This document shows positions 61,205-64,000 of a DNA stretch of 64,000 nt, in pieces. Position 1 is the first letter of the stretch; every line of letters begins with the position of its first letter. The position numbers were made by a program, and so were the translations under genes. Under the pieces are notes generated by a model. It did no database searches and was not told the origin of the DNA. It was given only the letters and a program-made list of their open reading frames with translations. Source of the DNA: an uncultured bacterium (GTDB taxonomy: Bacteria; Actinomycetota; Acidimicrobiia; Spongiisociales; UBA5794); assembly GCA_963801165.1 (NCBI GenBank), contig CAWDDT010000005.1, positions 288,001 through 352,000 of the forward strand, written 5' to 3'.

Positions 61205-61606
61205 ATGGACACCATTGCCACTGTGCGTCACGTCGGCGGAGCCAGGTTCGACGCCACCACCGCCACCGGTCACACGGTGAGGCTCGAGGGTGGTGCCCAT
61301 GAGACCGGGGGCAGCCCGATGGAGATGGTTCTTGCCGCCCTCGGTGGGTGCAGCGCGGTCACCGCCGTCGAGTTCCTGGAAAAGATGCGCCAACCATTCA
61401 CATCGCTCGAGGTCGAGGTGTCGGCGGAGCGGGCAGAGACGACGCCGCGGGTCTACACGAAGATCCATCTGCACTACCGGGTCGGCGGCGAGGTCGACGA
61501 GGACAGGGTGGCGCACGCCATCGCGCTCACCGAGAACAAGTATTGCTCGGTGTACACCATGCTCGAGAAGTCCGCGGAGATGAGCCACGCAATCGAGTTC
61601 GTGTGA
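61205..61606 (+). CDS. OsmC family (YhfA-like) protein
   Basis: SPMEMVLAALGGCS and KYCSV. Confidence 0.9.
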   Translation: MDTIATVRHVGGARFDATTATGHTVRLEGGAHETGGSPMEMVLAALGGCSAVTAVEFLEKMRQPFTSLEVEVSAERAETTPRVYTKIHLHYRVGGEVDEDRVAHAIALTENKYCSVYTMLEKSAEMSHAIEFV

Positions 61607-61636
61607 CCGAGTTCTTGTGACCGAGTTCTTGTGACC
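61603..61636. repeat. 14-bp tandem repeat at the osmC stop
   Basis: GTGACCGAGTTCTT twice plus a partial GTGACC. Confidence 0.85.
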
Positions 61637-61675
61637 ACCGGCCCCGGCCGGAGCGGTCTTACTACCATCCCGGAC

Positions 61676-62248
61676 ATGGTTTTCTCGGACCGCACCATCA
61701 AGGAAGCAGTCGCCGCCGGCCGAATCTTCATCGACCCCTACGACGAGAGCATGGTCCAGCCGTCGAGCATCGACCTCCGTTGCGATTCGACTTTCCTGGT
61801 ATTCGAGAACCATCGGTACCCGCTCATCGATCCCAAGGCACCACAGGACGACTTGACGCATGCGGTCGGGGCCACGGAGGATCACCCTTTCATCCTCCAT
61901 CCCGGCGAGTTCGTGCTGGGGTCGACCATGGAGGTGGTCGGTCTGGCAGCCGACGTCGTCGCCCGGCTGGAAGGCAAGTCCAGCCTGGGGAGAATTGGAT
62001 TGCTCATCCACTCGACAGCCGGCTTTATCGACCCAGGGTTCCGGGGTCAGGTGACCCTCGAACTGTCCAACGTCGCCAACCTACCCATCGCCATTTACCC
62101 GGGGATGAAGATCGGGCAGATCTCGTTCTACCAGCTGAGCACCCCTGCGGAACATCCGTACGGATCACCGGGTGCAGGCTCGAAGTACCAGGGTCAGAGC
62201 GGACCCACTCCATCACGCATCCACCGCGATTTCGGAGGCAGGGAATGA
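61676..62248 (+). CDS. dcd: dCTP deaminase
   Basis: [34 protein letters not shown] and KYQGQ. Leaderless after TACCAT. Confidence 0.95.
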   Translation: MVFSDRTIKEAVAAGRIFIDPYDESMVQPSSIDLRCDSTFLVFENHRYPLIDPKAPQDDLTHAVGATEDHPFILHPGEFVLGSTMEVVGLAADVVARLEGKSSLGRIGLLIHSTAGFIDPGFRGQVTLELSNVANLPIAIYPGMKIGQISFYQLSTPAEHPYGSPGAGSKYQGQSGPTPSRIHRDFGGRE

Positions 62249-62601
62249 CCGTCCCGGCACACGTCGGTGCGGTCATGATCGACTGCAACGATCTCGATTC
62301 CATGGTCGCGTTCTGGGGAGAGATCCTGGGACTAGAGCCGAAGGTCCGCTACCCGGGCTACGTCTTCATGAGCAGGGTCAGCGCTGGAGGACCGGCGCTG
62401 GCGTTTCAGAAGGTCGCTGAGCCGCGGGTCGGCAAGAACCGGATCCACCTTGATCTCACCGCAGCCGACCTGGCCGCGCTCATCACCAGGATCATCGAGC
62501 TGGGTGGCAGCCGGGTCGAAGACCACGAGATGGAAGGCTTCCACTGGACGGTCCTCTCCGACCCGGAGGGCAACGTCTTCTGCGTCAGTGCAGCGGAGTG
62601 A
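62245..62601 (+). CDS. VOC/glyoxalase family protein
   Basis: [17 protein letters not shown] and SDPEGNVFC. Confidence 0.9.
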   Translation: MTVPAHVGAVMIDCNDLDSMVAFWGEILGLEPKVRYPGYVFMSRVSAGGPALAFQKVAEPRVGKNRIHLDLTAADLAALITRIIELGGSRVEDHEMEGFHWTVLSDPEGNVFCVSAAE

Positions 62602-62620
62602 GCCGGCGCCGCGGTTCACA

Positions 62621-62718
62621 AGGCCCCCATCGCCTTCGCTTCGCTCGGCACTTCCCCCATAGCAGGAAGGAATTGCAGACCCCCGCTGAGTTCGGCCGAA
62701 GGCCGAACTCCAACCTGA
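62621..62718. repeat. Composite of a family-C repeat (62621-62671) and a reverse family-A repeat (62685-62718)
   Basis: AGGCCCCCATCGCCTTCGCTTCGCTCGGCACTTCCCCC, then minus-strand TCAGGTTGGAGTTCGGCC-TTC-GGCCGAACTCAGC. Confidence 0.8.
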
Positions 62719-62733
62719 ACGGCCCCAGGCCGT

Positions 62734-63987
62734 TCAGGCGTCGTCCCCCGCCAGCAGCTGGCTCCGACCGTGGGTCCACGGTCGCTCCGGGTCGCTGAGC
62801 AGCAGCTGGTAGACACTGATCGCTGCTCGATCGAAAGCAACCGCCGAACCCGCCATGTACAACCTCCAGATCCGATAGGTCTGCTCCGACGTCGCCGCCA
62901 GGGCCGCGTCACGGGTCTTCTCGAGGTTGCTCACCCAATGCTGGAGCGTGAGTGCATAGCTCGCCCGCAGCGACTCGAGGTCACGCAGCTCGAACCCGGC
63001 GTCCTCGGCGGCGCTGATCACCTCGTCGATCGTGGTCAACTCACTATCCGGAAACACGTAGGTGCTGACGAATGTGGGCTTAGTCCGTCCTCGTTTTCGG
63101 CCGCGGGTCACGATCCCGTGGTTCAACAGCTGCCCGCCGGGAACGAGCGACTTGCGGAGGATGCCGAAGTACCGCGGCAGCTCCTTGAGACCTACATGCT
63201 CGACCATCCCCACTGAGGCGATGGCGTCGTATCTCTCCTTGATGTCCCGGTAGTCCTTGACCTCGATCGATGCCCGCCCCTGGAAACCCTCGGCATCGAT
63301 ACGCTGTCTGGCGATCGCCGCCTGCTCTGCGCTCAACGTGAGCCCGGTGGCGGTGACGCCGTACTCGCGCACCGCGTGCATCACGAGGGCGCCCCATCCA
63401 CACCCGACGTCGAGCAACCGCATCCCGGGAGCGAGACGGAGCTTGCGACATATGAGGTCGAGCTTGCGTCGCTGTGCCTCATCGAGAGTGTCCATCGGGC
63501 TCAGGAAGGCGGCGCTCGAGTACACCATCTCCTTGCCTAGAAACAGGCGGAAGAACTCGTTTCCCGTGTCGTAGTGGTGGGTGACCGCCGCTCGATCACG
63601 ACGTTTCGAATGCAGCATCCCCCGGAACCGCGGCTGTTCGGCATCCGCACGCTTGACGTCCTCCGGTAGCCGGCGCAGAAGACTCAGCAAGCGGGCGATG
63701 GTGACGGGGCCTTTCCTGGCCTCGGAAAGGGTCGCCCCCCACCGCAGCAGCGAGTACAGATCTCCCTCGAAATCGACGTCGCCATAGATATAGGCCTCCG
63801 CGGCCGACAGATCGTTTGGTGGCAGCAGCATTGACCGCAAGGCCCCGGGCCTGTTGAGCGCGATGGTCGCCGGCGCGTGCCGCGGGCCCCACTCCTCACC
63901 GGTCCATGCTCGCATCCTGGGGACGGGAGCACCGCCCACTCTGGCGAGGAGGCCGTAGACACGACGCGAGATCTCCAGCTCGTCCAT
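62734..63987 (-). CDS. Cyclopropane-fatty-acyl-phospholipid synthase family methyltransferase
   Basis: HHYDTGNEFF, MVYSSA, LLDVGCGWG, SVGMVEHVG, YVFPD and RIWRLYM. Confidence 0.92.
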   Translation of the reverse strand: MDELEISRRVYGLLARVGGAPVPRMRAWTGEEWGPRHAPATIALNRPGALRSMLLPPNDLSAAEAYIYGDVDFEGDLYSLLRWGATLSEARKGPVTIARLLSLLRRLPEDVKRADAEQPRFRGMLHSKRRDRAAVTHHYDTGNEFFRLFLGKEMVYSSAAFLSPMDTLDEAQRRKLDLICRKLRLAPGMRLLDVGCGWGALVMHAVREYGVTATGLTLSAEQAAIARQRIDAEGFQGRASIEVKDYRDIKERYDAIASVGMVEHVGLKELPRYFGILRKSLVPGGQLLNHGIVTRGRKRGRTKPTFVSTYVFPDSELTTIDEVISAAEDAGFELRDLESLRASYALTLQHWVSNLEKTRDAALAATSEQTYRIWRLYMAGSAVAFDRAAISVYQLLLSDPERPWTHGRSQLLAGDDA

Positions 63988-64000
63988 GACAACCCAGCAT

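Overview
High-GC Actinomycetota chromosomal window, most consistent with class Acidimicrobiia (inferred from Cys-containing SLH repeats, bS22, PAC2 and GerMN/Gmad2 proteins, and many leaderless genes). The window is dominated by a 17.2-kb gene for a 5727-aa sortase-anchored (LPFTG) surface protein with 34 tandem ~101-aa two-Cys Ig-like repeats. The rest is housekeeping and accessory: a vapBC-type TA pair, cysK-cysE, a CBS-like synthase, csoR-copZ-copA, a nucleoside ABC transporter, thrB, carAB, an ECF sigma with a GerMN partner, a P-type ATPase, tRNA-Gly, dcd and a cfa-like gene. No integrase, transposase, phage gene or CRISPR array was seen. The most notable unannotated signals are: (1) an exact 15-bp inverted repeat linking the region just upstream of the giant gene to a tandem duplication just downstream of its stop; (2) a leaderless poly-Cys peptide with a complete 1:2/2:3/3:4 transcription attenuator upstream of cysK; (3) three separate families of palindromic intergenic repeats; (4) a PyrR-type loop over the carA SD; (5) a 56-aa in-frame PhzF-like N+C-terminal fusion. 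Product calls come from motif recognition only; no database search was run.
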